Both the position numbers and the translations under genes were made by a program. A stretch of 64,000 nt of DNA from Octopus vulgaris (taxonomy: Eukaryota). Within the stretch, counting starts at the first letter, position 1; every line of letters starts with the position of its first letter. The DNA lies in contig OX597823.1 of the NCBI GenBank assembly GCA_951406725.2, positions 93,868,001-93,932,000 of the forward strand, in the 5' to 3' direction. A model generated the notes under the pieces. It did no database searches. It was not told where the DNA came from and saw only the letters and a list, made by a program, of their open reading frames with translations. Of this stretch, positions 39,130-52,536 are shown in pieces.

Positions 39130-41765
39130 TAATGATGATGATCATCATCATCATCATTATGATGATCATGATCATGATCATGATGATTTCTTCACCTTGA
39201 CAGATGACAGCCGTCCCATCAACACACACACCACACCCCATCACACGGCACAATCCCTCGGTTGATGAACTCTCAGATGACATTTAAGACCAACTGCTGA
39301 CTGACGGTTTTAAAACAGAACTGACAAATATTATTCAAGTTTCTTCTATATCCTTGCCCTCTGGAATCTATTTCTGAAGGATTGCTCTTGCGAACTAGCA
39401 TATGTCTTTTAAGTCCAGATATTGTTGTGCACCTCTCCCCTTGTTCCGATCTAGAGCATCATTTTCCCAACCACTTTTGGTCATATCTAGTTTCTTCAAA
39501 TTTTCCTTCACACAGCCTTTATACCTTTTCCTCAGCTTATACTGTGGTCGCTCGCCAGAGTTGAGGTCACCATAAAGAAAGATACTTTGGCAAACGCTCA
39601 TCTTTTATTCTAACAACGTGGCCAGTCTACCTCAATTTAGCGAAGATAACATGTTCAATTGAGCTGTAACGTACCATGTGCAATACCTCTGTATTTGGTA
39701 TGAATCGTTCCCACTTGACTCCTAAGATACGCCTGAGGCACATTTGATGAAATCGTTCCAGCATTTTTATATGACGCTTGTAAGTAGTTCATGTTTCACT
39801 TGAATAACAATACTCACGCTATATAGACTCTGACTTTTGTCTTCAAGGAAATACCTCTATTCGCCCATACTCGCTTTTCGAGCTTTCCAAATGCAACACT
39901 TCCCTTCATTATTTGATAGTCTATCTCTGCATCACGACTGCCATCTCTTGACAGTGTGCTTCCAAGGTAAACAAAGGCGTCAACGACTTCTAATCTTGCT
40001 TCATTTACAAAGCTGTTTGTCCTGGCACGGGAGTAAACATTACTTTGGTTTTCCCCAAACTAATTGTGAGTTCAAAATGTACACATGAAGTGGAAAATCC
40101 GTCCACTAAACATTGCATGCCCCGCTCTGAATGTGCCAACAAACCAGCATCATCAGCATAAAGTAATTCTCTTTCAAGTATTTTGAAAGCCTTTGCTTCG
40201 AAGTTAAACTGGTCAATTTAAAAATACGACGAAGTGTCCGAAATCGGATTCCGATTTCTATGTTGCAATGCTTGAAAGCATACCAAAGCAATACAGCAAA
40301 ATAAACAGAGAAAAATGTAGGAGCAGGAATATTTCCATGTTTGGCTCTGTTGTCCACCGAAAGTTCATGAGATATCTCACCATTAAAGACTACCTGAGCT
40401 TTCATGTTTCTGTGTAGTTCTTTAAAAATGTGTTGGGCAACCAGGTTTACACAAAACAATCCACAGCGCCTTCCTATTTACCATGTCAAATGCCTTAGTT
40501 ACATTTATGAAGACCTGGTATAGTGGCATTTGTTGCTCTAAGTATTTCTCCTGAACCTGCCTCACAGAAAATATTACGTACATTGTTACTCGTTCAGGTC
40601 TGAAACCACACTGTTCTTCAGGAATCACATGTGGACGCACATTCTCAACGGGATGATCTAACATGATCCTTGAAAGTATCTTCCCAGTATGTGCCAGAAG
40701 CGTTATCCCTCTAGAATTACCACACACTGCTTTCGGGCCCTTACCCTTATATACAGAGATCAGAATGACATTTATCCATTCTTGACACAGAAGAGATTCA
40801 TTCCAAACTCGAGTTATCAGGTTATGAAATTCAGATTAAATATGGTCCCCACCTGCTTTCAGAATTTCAACTGGAATACCATCCAATCCAGGAGCTTTAC
40901 CTGATCTCACTTTGCATAATGCCAGATTAACTTCTTCAATGGAAAATGTATCATCCTTGTGTTGCAAAATCTCTCTTTGCGGAACGTTGTTTATGTTATG
41001 CATGTTCACTACAGGCGGATTGTGGAAGAGATCTGCAAAGTGTTATCCCCATCTATTCATTATTCCAAGAGGATCTTTAATAACCTCATTTTCATCTTTC
41101 GACTCTAAGAAAACATATGATAATGAAAATTGCGGTCCAAAAGCTTGCCGCAATAAACTATAGAATCTTTTAATGTCTTTCCTCTCATAGGCTGCCTATA
41201 CTTCATCAGACAAATTTCTCCACCAAATGTCTTTAAGTCTCCTGAGTTCTTTTTGCAAGTATGCTTTTTGAGACTTGTACAACTTTTCTTAGCTCAAAAA
41301 GGTTTTCATGAGGGGACCTCTTTGTTGCTAAAAGCTCATTTATCACTGTATCATTGGAATCGAACCAGTCCCGGTGTCGTCTCCTCTTAAAACCTAACGC
41401 TTCTGATTCCATTTTTTATATTCCATCCCGTAAAGATTGCCATGAACCTTCAAAATGAATACTGCTGGCTGCATCACTTCTGAAACTGCTGCAAAACTTG
41501 TGGTTGTTTTAGCTGCTCTGCGTCAATTTTCTTTGGTACTCGTACACCTGCACTACCAATCTTCTTCCGGACCCTGAACTTCAACTTGGCCCTAACCATT
41601 TGGTGATCAGTATCACAATCAACACCTCGCAATACTCTGAGACGCAAAAATCTTGTATGTCAGCTTTCAGAGTTAATACAAAATCAATCATGTGACCTTC
41701 CTTTGATCTTGGTAACTTTATGTTTCATCTGATGATGAAAGAAAGCATCACCAATAATGAAACGT
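39130..41765 (-). mobile_element. Decayed RTE (BovB-like) LINE, endonuclease C-terminus + RT + C-terminal zinc finger, ATC/ATG tail
   Basis: 'CGNSRGITLLAHTGKILSRI..IPEEQCGFRPER..IFSVRQVQEK..KAFDMVNR', DCDTDH-like endonuclease end near 41610, 'GLKCHLRVH' finger, trinucleotide tail 39131-39187. Confidence 0.9.
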
Positions 41766-41809
41766 TTGCTTCATAACCGCGTGGCACATATATATATATA
41801 TATATATAT

Positions 41810-41952
41810 ATTACTCACAGGTTTTTCGTCGATCCGAGGCTTTAGTGGAAAATAATTGCCCAAGGTGCCACGCAGTGGAACTGAACTCGGAACCACGCGG
41901 TTATGAAGCGGTTATAAAGCAAGCGTCTTACCACACAGCCACGCTTGCACCT
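41810..41952 (-). mobile_element. Head of a SINE family A copy (tail at ~38940-39120)
   Basis: 'tgcccaaggtgccacgcagtggaactgaactc..ttaccacacagccac'. Confidence 0.75.
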
Positions 41953-42884
41953 GGTTGAAGATATTTCAGAATCTCAACCTTTTGACGGGAAGTCAATTGT
42001 CTTCTCGTGAATTCTCTTTCTTCCGTCCTGTTCTGTAATTTAGCCATTGTTAAAAAGAAGCGACAGACATCGATAAAAAAGAACGTTCTACTCTAGGGAA
42101 AAAGGAAATAAATAACAAAAACAACATGAAGATAGATAAGTTCGAGAAGACGTTCATTTAAACTTAACGTCGCTTTGGGAAAACAAATATAAGCTATAAA
42201 ATGAAAGAAACGCGTAAGAAGAAAAGATAGAAACAATGAAAGAAAGCAGGAAAGAAAGAAAGACGTTAACGGAGCAATGACAAAGAAAGTGGGATAAAAA
42301 GATATCCGTCATTCTTATTATAAGCTAATTTTAATTGATGATCTGTTGTTTACAAACTCTCTGGAAATGTGTAGTTGTTTGCTATATACATGTCTGTTAA
42401 GTTACCTATTATGTTTTATGTATAGTTTTTATCTGTTGCTGTGTATATTATATACTTGGCCATTGATCAATCACATGAATGGATAAATAAATGTAAGAAT
42501 AATTATATAAATAAAGGGGAAAAAATGAAATAAATATATATAGAGCTATTTAGAAATCTGGAATTTTCAAATAAAAAATGGCGCGCGAACATATGTAAAT
42601 GTGAAGTTTCATTTCCGGTATTTCTGGTAGGTTATTTCATTCGCCATCTTTAACATCGGAAACAGCTATGTGGATTAATGACAGAAATCCGGCGTATGTA
42701 GATTTATGTATAGAGGGAAATATATCCGGTTTATAGAGAGAAATAAATGTTGATACCTGTGTTTGATACCCTTAAAGCGACTTAGTGAATAGAATTATTT
42801 CATGAATATGTTTTCATCCCCGGTATACTGCTGCTACAACGATTACTGCTACTACTATCACTACAGCTAATAACAATGAGAAGA

Positions 42885-42974
42885 AGAAAGAGAAGAGGAA
42901 GAAGAAGAAGAAGAAGAAGAAGAAGAAGAAGAAGAAGAAGAAGAAGAAGAAGAAGAAGAAGAAGAAGAAGAAGA
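42885..42974. repeat. (AAG)n microsatellite
   Basis: Directly visible. Confidence 0.95.
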
Positions 42975-43351
42975 ATGTTGATGATGAATTCATATATTTG
43001 CCACAAGGGCATCGTTTGAAAGGAACATTACAAGGACAGTTTACAATTTATGCTGGAGTTTACATGAAGACGAGGTGAAAGAATAGAATGAGATAGAGTA
43101 TGAAGTGGGCATGTGAATGAGGCTGTCCTCCTGACACAAGATAACTTTCAACTGGGGCCAATGAAGGAACCCCGCAGATCTAAAACCACTCTGACCGCCA
43201 AATCTCACGTCTCCTCGCCCAAATGTTGCTCTCAAATCTACAGGCGCAAGCTTAGAATCGGTCTATTCACAAGACATATTTTTGTTTCAGCCACCCAGCG
43301 GAATTACACTTTTCCCTCCAACCTCATGTTCCTTCCCAAGTAAAACTTTAA

Positions 43352-43573
43352 TCCCTTAGCATTCACAATACTCTGTCTAATGTAATGATTATTGATTCAC
43401 ATTGTTTGGAATTAATCATAGAATTATCTCACAGCTTTGATATTTCGATGTTACGGCTGTTTATGTTTAGAAGGACATCTTACGGTAGGTGTGAAAGTGT
43501 GGAACTCAACAGTTTGAATGTGAAATAGGTAGAATACTTGGCCAGAATATAGCCAGTATAGATGCTAAGGGGA
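43352..43573. mobile_element. MITE with CCCTTAGCAT terminal inverted repeats (piggyBac-like ends)
   Basis: TTAA-tcccttagcat ... atgctaagggga; right target duplication degenerate. Confidence 0.55.
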
Positions 43574-43822
43574 AATCAATAAGGGCTTGACCAAAGGCTT
43601 CTAGAGTGGTGTTTTAACATCAGGAAATACAGGGTCCTGTCTGCATTTGATTGTCCAAGTCAATTGACTTTACAATTCACCTTCGTAATATTAAATACTA
43701 AGGTGCTCATTCTTATTTACAACTACAACTCATGTATTGGGATTTTAGCTCCAGTGCATATGATGCCAAACTGTAAATTTTATTCAACCATTGCATGCAG
43801 CATATTACATACACGATTTATA

Positions 43823-44214
43823 TCTCTATATATATAAAGCTGAAGTTTTCTGTGTATAGAGGGTTTGGCAGCCTTCAACTAACACTATCTCCTCCGAGAC
43901 CCTTCGGTGCAAGTTGACCAAAATTGAGATTGTGATAGACAAAGGCTTGCTCTTCCTTCCGTGGAAGAGAAAATTCAAATTGGACCATGTTAACACCAGA
44001 AATTATTTACATCAAAAAGCTGCTTTATTTCTATGAAAATCCCTATTTTTTACGATGTTTTGACTGCTATATCGCCATTTTTCGGTGTATTTCAACCAGA
44101 AAAATGTTCACTTAAAGAGAATAACAAGCTACATAATGCAAGCTTTTTACTTTTCAAAACTTCCAATTCTAAGGGGTCGAAACCAACCCGAACAACGCCG
44201 GGTGATACTGCTAG
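43823..44214 (+). mobile_element. Non-autonomous Helitron
   Basis: A|TC 5' end followed by TATATATAAAG, subterminal hairpin ACCCG..CGGGT (44186-44203), CTAG|T 3' end. Confidence 0.75.
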
Positions 44215-44949
44215 TATATATATATTTTTATATTTGACTGACTAGATCACCACGTGTTTCTGATAATGTAGTTGATACTGCGTGTGTGTAAAATCAGCTT
44301 TTACGAAAATCATTTATTCGTACTCACACTAATTTTGTGAGTATATTTCCTAAAGTAATCTATTTGTAGTTTATAGATTTCATACTTAATATACTTCCCT
44401 GACGGACGTTTAATGATACATTGCCTACACAACTGCTATTACCAATATATATATATATATATATAATACAGAAAAGAGATATTCAGTAACCATTCTTTAA
44501 AGTAAAGGCCAACATAATGTGGCCGTCTTGGAAGGGATGACTGTTAGTGTTTAACCTCAGGAACCAACAGTGTTGCATGGGGAAAAACAACAGTACCAAG
44601 CGTCCCTTCCAGGACAGCCACATTATGTTGGCTCGGTTAGTGAAATATCCCTTTTGTTAAGAGAATTATAAATAATAATGTTTCTATTTTATTGGATTAG
44701 TGATTGTGCGTCACTATATATTTTCGAACGGTGAATTCAGCAACGCCATCTAGCCAAGCAGCTACCTTCTGTCGACAAAGTACAATAACCCAGAAAACGA
44801 CCCACTGATGTTGCTTCGTGCTGGATGGAAGGACACAGATACCGTGTCATGCAGCCAACTGGAAACGATGTTTACTGGGGCTAAAACAACAGTAACAATC
44901 GTCCTCCAGGGCAGCCACATTATGTCGGCAAATAGCCTTTGCATTATAT

Positions 44950-45268
44950 ATACTCTTTTACCATTTCAGTCATTTGACTGTGGCCATGCTGAAGCACCAC
45001 CTTTAGTAGAGCAAATCGACCCCAGGACTTATTCTTTGTAAGCCTATCACTTATTCTATCGGTATCTTTCGCCGAACCGCTAAGTTATGGGGACGTAAAC
45101 ACACCAGCATCAGTTGTTACGTGATGTTGGGGGGGGGGACAAACAAAGACACACAAACATATATACACACATACATACATATATATATATATATATACGA
45201 CGGGCTTCTTTCAGTTTCCGTCTACCAAATTAACTCACAAGGCTTTGGTCGGCCCGAGGCTATAGTAG
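44950..45268 (-). mobile_element. SINE family A, head truncated
   Basis: Close match to 5265-5590. Confidence 0.85.
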
Positions 45269-45559
45269 TACCGTCTGGAAGAACTCCTGTCATAGTTTAC
45301 TGTTACTAGTTGGAGCTTCCGTTCCATAAAACAATTGTGTATAACACAAGAAAACAATGGTTGATGCCACTCAGTGAGTGATACCCCGATAAACATAACT
45401 ACTAAATTACTCATAATTCACACACCATTGTATTATAAGATACAATGCTATGTAGAATTAATAAACTCATAAGAGCTCATATAGGTATAGAATAGACAAA
45501 GTTAAGCATGTAGAAGCATTTTCTCAGACCTCGGCAAGTCTACGCTTACATGCAGAGGC

Positions 45560-46780
45560 GGTAAACCTCGAGGGACGGAGGTCCTACATTTTCGCATTTA
45601 TCTCTCTTCTAATTATTAATCTAATCCATCTGTAATATTCGTTCCTTGCTTTTACTCTGTTCTTGTTCTTCATTACTTTCCTCTGCTGAAGATTATATTG
45701 CTTCCTTTTTGCCAATCAGAATTACATACCCCTAGGAAATCAATACATTGAGAGCTGCGATCTTTCTAATTGTTTAAGTGTGTGTTTCATGTATAAATGT
45801 AGTTTGCTACTGTTGGTGTAGATTGAGATGTTTAATATGAAATAGCGAATTACTGTACTTCTATACCATTTACATCCGGCTCCTGTCTTCTGTTACATAT
45901 TGTTTAAAATTATAAGCGCCAATCGGAAAGGTATGGTGAGGGGTAATCCACCGGAATTTCCTCCTCAAATATTGGTGTTATTCTTTTTTTATTATTGTTT
46001 TTGGCAGTGAAATCGTCTGCCATCATTCATCATATATTTTGTTTGCTTCTTATTGTTTCTGCATCCAAGATAGAAGTCTAAGGACTTCTGCAAATAACAT
46101 CGTCTGCTGTTCAATCCACGGGAAGCTCTAAACCCTGTGCTTCTATCTACATTCGCCATCTATGTCTTTATTTATCAATATTTTATGTCTTTACCGCCAC
46201 ATATCCCTTTGCAATGTCCCTTACTTTTGAAATCAGTTGGGGTTTTTCTTTCAGATTTTTGTATGTCTTCAGTAATTTAAAGTTATTTTTACTGCAGTTA
46301 CGATTTTATAATCTATAAAATAGGTTATGCGTCTCTATGTTCTACTGTTTAATGTTCCTTTAATCTCTCCGTGTATTTTCCCTATGCAATACAGTTAAAT
46401 GTTCTCCCCGTTGATTTTCAGTATTTTATTAACGGTTTCTAGTAACACCTTCTGTATATCGGCGAGGCCACAAATTTTTACATCTTATCATTTCCCCGTT
46501 GCCCTCCAGTCATTGGTTCCTCGTATGTTTTCTGTGTCTGGTTTATATTTTGTGTTAATATGGTCTCATGTCTTTCTTTTTAAGCTATTGTATTTGTTGT
46601 TTTCAATTATTTCCTCCGTCAGGCTTCCTTTGATGTTCATAGCCCGACCCGGAATTCTTCTCTCGTTAACGCTGCATTAATTTTTATTTCATTTTCGCAG
46701 TGTTCTTAGTAAAATTGTTTTGCGTTGACGCTAAACGTTTGTTTTGTTCAAAGATTCATTGTTGAGTTTCGAATTTTCGT
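45560..46780 (-). pseudogene. Decayed PLE remnant (RT and GIY-YIG traces)
   Basis: Degenerate QGL..P.G and xDDF motifs and a C-terminal LxxRxEI..KC-like end, in the correct order on the minus strand. Confidence 0.4.
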
Positions 46781-47109
46781 ACCAGCAGAATATTTGTCGA
46801 CGTGTTCTTTAGTATTTGATTTCGAGTTGTCCCTTTTACTAATTAACTAATAAAATATTAAGGCGCTGAAGTGGAAGACCTTTTAGCACTGCCGGAAAGA
46901 TGCTTAGCGGCATTTCGCTTTTGAGTTCAAATGTTGCCAAGGTCGATGCTGTCTTTCGTCCTAGTTGGGCACTAGGATTGTTACATCGACTAACACGCCC
47001 CCTACACACACACATATAACTACTTTGGGCCTTGTACCTATAGCAGAATGGATTAATTAACTAAACCGTTACCCGTCATATGAAAAGTATCTTTTGAAAG
47101 TATAATCTT

Positions 47110-47620
47110 GTTACTGTGGGTTTATCGTAACCCACTTCGGTCATGATTGACCATGGGATTGCACCTAGAAAGTTACCCTCCGAGGCACAAGACTGGGCAA
47201 GGTTGTTTATGGGAGACCAGCAGTCACCCATGCATACCGGCCTCTCCTCTCCACGCCACCAGTGTTATCCAAGGGAAAGGCAAAAGCCGATACAGCTTGG
47301 CACCAGTAACGTCGTAGTTCAATTAAAGTGCAAGTGGCTGGGTACACCACAGACACATGTACCCTTAACGTAGTCTTCGGGGAGATTCAGCGGGACACAG
47401 AATCTGACATGGCTGGTCCCTTTGAAATACAGGTATAACAGAAACAAGAAGAAAGAGTGAGAGAAAGTTATGGTGAAAGCGTACAGCAGGGTTCGCCACC
47501 ACCTCGTTGAACTTTAGGTATTTTCGCTCAATAAATACTCACAATGCCCGGTCTGGGAAACAAAACCGCGATCCTACGACCGCGGGTGAGCTGCCTTAAT
47601 CACTGGGCCATTACGCCTCC
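47110..47620 (-). mobile_element. SINE family C head joined to a 3' segment also seen at 63640-63850
   Basis: Reverse complement of family C head at 47520-47620; 'gccgatacagcttggcac' segment shared with ~63805. Confidence 0.75.
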
Positions 47621-47794
47621 GCTACCGTAAATAGTATTAAAAAAATGAGATATTCATAAATTTAGTTTTTATCAACTCACTTGGAGCTTATTTAAAATGA
47701 TGAAACGGATACTAATTAACAAAGAAAACACCTGTATATTACCTTGAGATATAATGAAATAAAAGAAATTTCTCATTTGTATATTTGCATTTTT

Positions 47795-48020
47795 TTCTTT
47801 ACTACCCACAAGGGGGCTAAACACAGAGAGAACAAACAAGGACAGACAAACGGATTAAGTCGCTTACATCGACCCCAGTACTTAACTGGTACTTAATTTA
47901 TCGACCCCGAAAGGATGAAAAGCAAAGTCAACCTCGCCGGAATTTGAACATAACGGCAGACGAAATACGGATACGCATTTCGCCCGACGTGCTAATGTTT
48001 CTGCCTGCTCGACGCCTTTC
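47795..48020 (-). mobile_element. SINE family B
   Basis: Matches 7140-7550. Confidence 0.85.
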
Positions 48021-48640
48021 CTCATTTGTATATTTGCATTTTATTAACATAACCATAAGCTCTTCCTTTAAAAATCAATCTTTGCAAAATTTCATTAAAA
48101 ATGTCTATTTTTCAGAAAATATTTCATTGCTTGTCACCAAACCTCACATGTGCACACATCCTGCATCTCTTACGATATATATATAATTAAATAAGGGTAG
48201 AAATTGATATTAATCAATTAAAACCAGTGGCCTAGCATATTTTTAAAAAACCCGAAGATTAAAATTTGTTTACATACAAAATTTAGAGGACTGACCACTA
48301 AAATTCGACCACTTTTAGTGGTCAGTCCTCTAAATTCTGTATGTAAAAAAATAGCTCTCTTTCAACATGCCATTCTGTTGTTCTATATTTAGTCTACTTC
48401 ATTTTTGTATCTGGTTTGCAACATTCTTTATGTTCATTCCCGTGTTGAAATATATTTTCTTGTGTCTAGGGAGAGTCATTATGCCAAAATTATTAACACA
48501 CGCACTGGTTCAATTCCATTCCTTTACTATTGGTCGGTTGTTAAATAGTAGGTGGTCAAGTTGGTAAATATGTAGTTTCGTAGGTAGGTAGGTAGGTAGG
48601 TAGGTAGGTAGGTAGGTAGATCGAGGGAGAGAGAGAGAAT

Positions 48641-48699
<59 letters not shown>

Positions 48700-49989
48700 G
48701 GGTAGATAGATAGACAGATAGATAGATGGGTAGATAGATAGATGGGTAGATAGGTAGGTAGGTAGGTAGGTAGGTAGTCCGAACGGGTACATGCTCGCGA
48801 AACATACACAAAAGAGACAGAAACACACGACCATACACGCACATTCCACACACGCATACACACAGACATATACAGGCGCATATGCATACACACAAACTCG
48901 TGCGCTTATACACACTCAAGCACGCACGCACAATGAAATAGAAGTACATATATAAACACAAACACACATGCGTGCACACACATACTCAAACGCACAAGCA
49001 CACACATACAGATACATGAATGCACAGAGGAATACATATAGATACACATAGACATACATACATACATACATACATACATACATACACACACACACATACA
49101 TACATACATACATACATACACACACATATATACACACATAGACACATACATACATACATACACACATAGATACATACATACCTACCTACATACATACATA
49201 GACAGATACATACATACATACATACATACATACATACATACATACATACGCAAGCACACGCACACACCGGCAGGCACACAGACACGCGTGCGACAAGGTC
49301 TCAAATAGACAAATACGGCCTCCGCATCGGTCTGTGTCAAAAGCAATAAGAAATCTTGCATTTAGCAAAGAGGGAGCTTTGAAAAACAAAACCAAAGCAA
49401 ATCACTTAGTTTTTAACCAAATTAAACGAAGAATGGATTAGTTAGTTTGATATTTAACCAATTTACTAATGACAAAGAAGTGGAGTTGAACCAGTGCGTG
49501 TGTCATTAGTACTGACATAATGACTCTCCCTAGACACAACAAAACATTTTCAAAGTGATTGTATGTTGTCAAGTTAATGTGACAGTCCCATGAAAGGGAA
49601 GAATGCTACTGTTATTTAGCCCTAGGAAACACCGTTTCCTGTTAGACTTGACACATTTCCTGTGTCCTCGTGTTTTCAAAGTGGACACAAGCACCTCCAC
49701 CCAGCAAAGCTAGCTTTCAAAGACTAGTTTCAGAGTCATTGCTCATCATCAAGTCCAACAGGAAACGGTGTTTCCTAGATCTAAATAACAGTAGCATTCT
49801 TCCCTTTCATGGGACTATCACATTCAGTTGACAACACACCATCAATTTATTGTGCTGCTACTGCATAAATCTCTCTGAGAGGTTTAGAAATGTATTATTT
49901 CCCTTTTTAAAACGTTTAATTTAGTATTATGTAATTTTCTTTTACAGTTCTCTCTGCACATAATTGTTTGCTTTCGGAGCCAATGATTG

Positions 49990-51133
49990 GTTGATTCGTA
50001 TTTATCGGTTTTCTTGAAAACTGAAAGCAGCAGTTGATTTGTTAGATTGAACTCGGTAGAGCCCGGGCTTTCTCTTGTACTTATATGGCCTCCTCTCATA
50101 CCTTCATAGTTGTAAACAGACCCCTCGGGAGTGGTTCGTTAACTATACACTTCCTCGCATTTCCAATATTTTTTCTTCAGCTGGTCCTTAGAGATCTCGA
50201 ATTTCTCCATTCTTTCTAAAATCATTTCCCAGCAGAGTTAGAACACTTTCCGTTGAAAGAATAGACATCGCGTTTCCATGACAAGCATTTATTTGCAATT
50301 TTTCATTTGGAATCCTTCATTTCGGGCGTTCTTTCCTTTTCACATCATTCGTATTCCGTTGTATTATATCTCGTATTTTATCTTTTTGCCGTTTTTTTAG
50401 GCTATATTCTGGAGGTATGCCTTTCTGATATTCATTTCACCAATGATTGAAAGATAGTTTCTTTTTCTCTCTCTTTTTGTACGTCTTCCATATCGTATTA
50501 GTCATACATAAACTACTGATGTGCTGCCAGGTCCAATTTGGCAGAGGTTTTATGAGATAATAACTAACACATTTTAAAAACAGATCGTGAACATCGTCAA
50601 TAAACAGATGCGGGAACCCAAAGAAGAGAAAAACCTTCCTAGGAGAAATCAAATGATTTCATAAAAATATTAATTGGTCAATTAAAATCTTTCGTCCAGT
50701 GGCACCCACAATCAAGAGAAATAAGCATAGTCGGGTTGAAAATATCATCAGCAAAACTGCTTAAGAGCTTACAGCAGCAACCTAAGGATTGTAAAGAAAG
50801 ATTGGGTGATTTCGAAAATCAAACACAACCGAAAAATGATGGCCATAATCGCCCACCAGCTGATGAACAGGGCCTTATAATTAATTCAGACGGCGATGTG
50901 AAGATGCAGGAGATTATGGTCAAACTCTGACTGGAAAGAATTACTGTTGTAATGCCATGTGTGGCAGCAGGATTAGGTGAAATCCCGTGAACTGGCAATT
51001 TCAGCGGCCGTAAGCAGGTCTTTCTCCTCTGTGAACGATATAATAACGACTGCTTTTTATGCATAACGAGTCTATTTGAGAGATCTTCCCAGGGTAAATA
51101 ATGCACTATTCTTTGTTCTAACGCAAACCTCAT
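49990..51133 (-). pseudogene. Decayed PLE-like remnant
   Basis: Minus strand, in order: N-terminal 'LRPLKLP'-type motif, 'LFIDDV', then thumb-like 'WKTYKK..IPPE' traces. Confidence 0.35.
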
Positions 51134-51668
51134 GTTATCTCGGTGATCAAGATTATATTTTGGAATTAAATCTCCTGTTTTTGTTAATCATAGTTTCTTT
51201 TTAAATATAAATGCATATCTACATATGTATATTTATTAATCCAAACACCGTCCAGCTGCCTGTTTTTTATCTTTAACATTCTTTGTCTCTTAATTACATC
51301 CCTCAACGGATTAATTACAATCCTTAATTACATCCCTCAACGGATTAGGTTTCTATTCTTCCTGTCAATGGATTCACACAGACAATTATTACACGGATGA
51401 GGAGGCTAAAGCACAGGCTTATTTCTCGCGAGAAGCAAGTTGGAACTCGATCAATCACAGCTGAGACAACTGAGCGAAACTAGCTTCATGGCGAGAAACG
51501 AGGAACACTCTGCGACCCACGGATATCACAGATGATGAATCCGCAGATAGGGAATGTGTATACGCGCTTGCACAAAATATATATGTGTGTGTGTATGAGT
51601 ATATATACAGACATTTATGTATAGTAGCTAGGGTATACACAAACACACACACACATACACAAACACAC

Positions 51669-51714
<46 letters not shown>

Positions 51715-51789
51715 TCGCACACAGATAAATATATATACATATAGATAGATTGAGATACATGTAGGTACATATATACATATATATGTGTG

Positions 51790-51972
51790 TATCGTTGGCG
51801 ATTTTCTTTCTCCGTCTTCCCTTCTTTAAACTTTTTCTATCTTTCTGACGAAGAGTCCTGCTCGAAGCGTGCAATCCTCTTTCTTTTCTTTCCTTTCCTT
51901 AGCGTCCAATAACACAGTACTTATTCCACGTCCTCGCGTTGTTCTTTTTTCTTGCTTATTCCTGTTTGGATT

Positions 51973-51975
<3 letters not shown>
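51790..51975 (+). mobile_element. ~190-bp (TA)n-embedded element with degenerate minimal HHR (copy 1)
   Basis: CTGACGA-AGAG..GCTC-GAAG at 51845-51867; homologous to the 56240 and 58490 copies. Confidence 0.7.
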
Positions 51976-52036
<61 letters not shown>

Positions 52037-52041
52037 TTGTG

Positions 52042-52084
<43 letters not shown>

Positions 52085-52089
52085 TGTGT

Positions 52090-52398
52090 GGAGGCGCAAT
52101 GACCCAGTGGTTAGGGCAGTGGACTCGCGGTAGTAGGATCGCGGTTTCGATTCCCAGGCCGGGCGTTGTGAGTGTTTATTGAGCGAAAACACCTAAACTT
52201 CCACGAGGCTCCGGCAGGGGGTGGTGGCAATCCCTGTGTACTCTTTCGCCACAACTTTCTCGCACTCTTTCTTCTGTTGGCCTGCTCGCTTAGCCAGCGG
52301 GGTGGCGCCATTTGAAGGCTAAAAGAATGCGAAGCGCATAGTGACCAGCGATGTTTGGCAACATCTATTAGCCTGGTCGGTCACGGTGATCACGGTGA
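52090..52398 (+). mobile_element. tRNA-derived SINE (family C), well preserved
   Basis: GGAGGCGCAATGACCCAGTGGTTAG (A box), GGTTTCGATTCCC (B box), tail (ATCACGGTG)x2. Confidence 0.88.
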
Positions 52399-52400
52399 TA

Positions 52401-52445
<45 letters not shown>

Positions 52446-52505
52446 CTATAAATAATATATAAATATATGCATATATACATACATATATGTATGTATATAT
52501 ATATA

Positions 52506-52534
<29 letters not shown>

Positions 52535-52536
<2 letters not shown>

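Noticed and set aside
52090-52165. tRNA gene
   Set aside because: The A/B boxes belong to a multi-copy SINE head; no proper cloverleaf or terminator.
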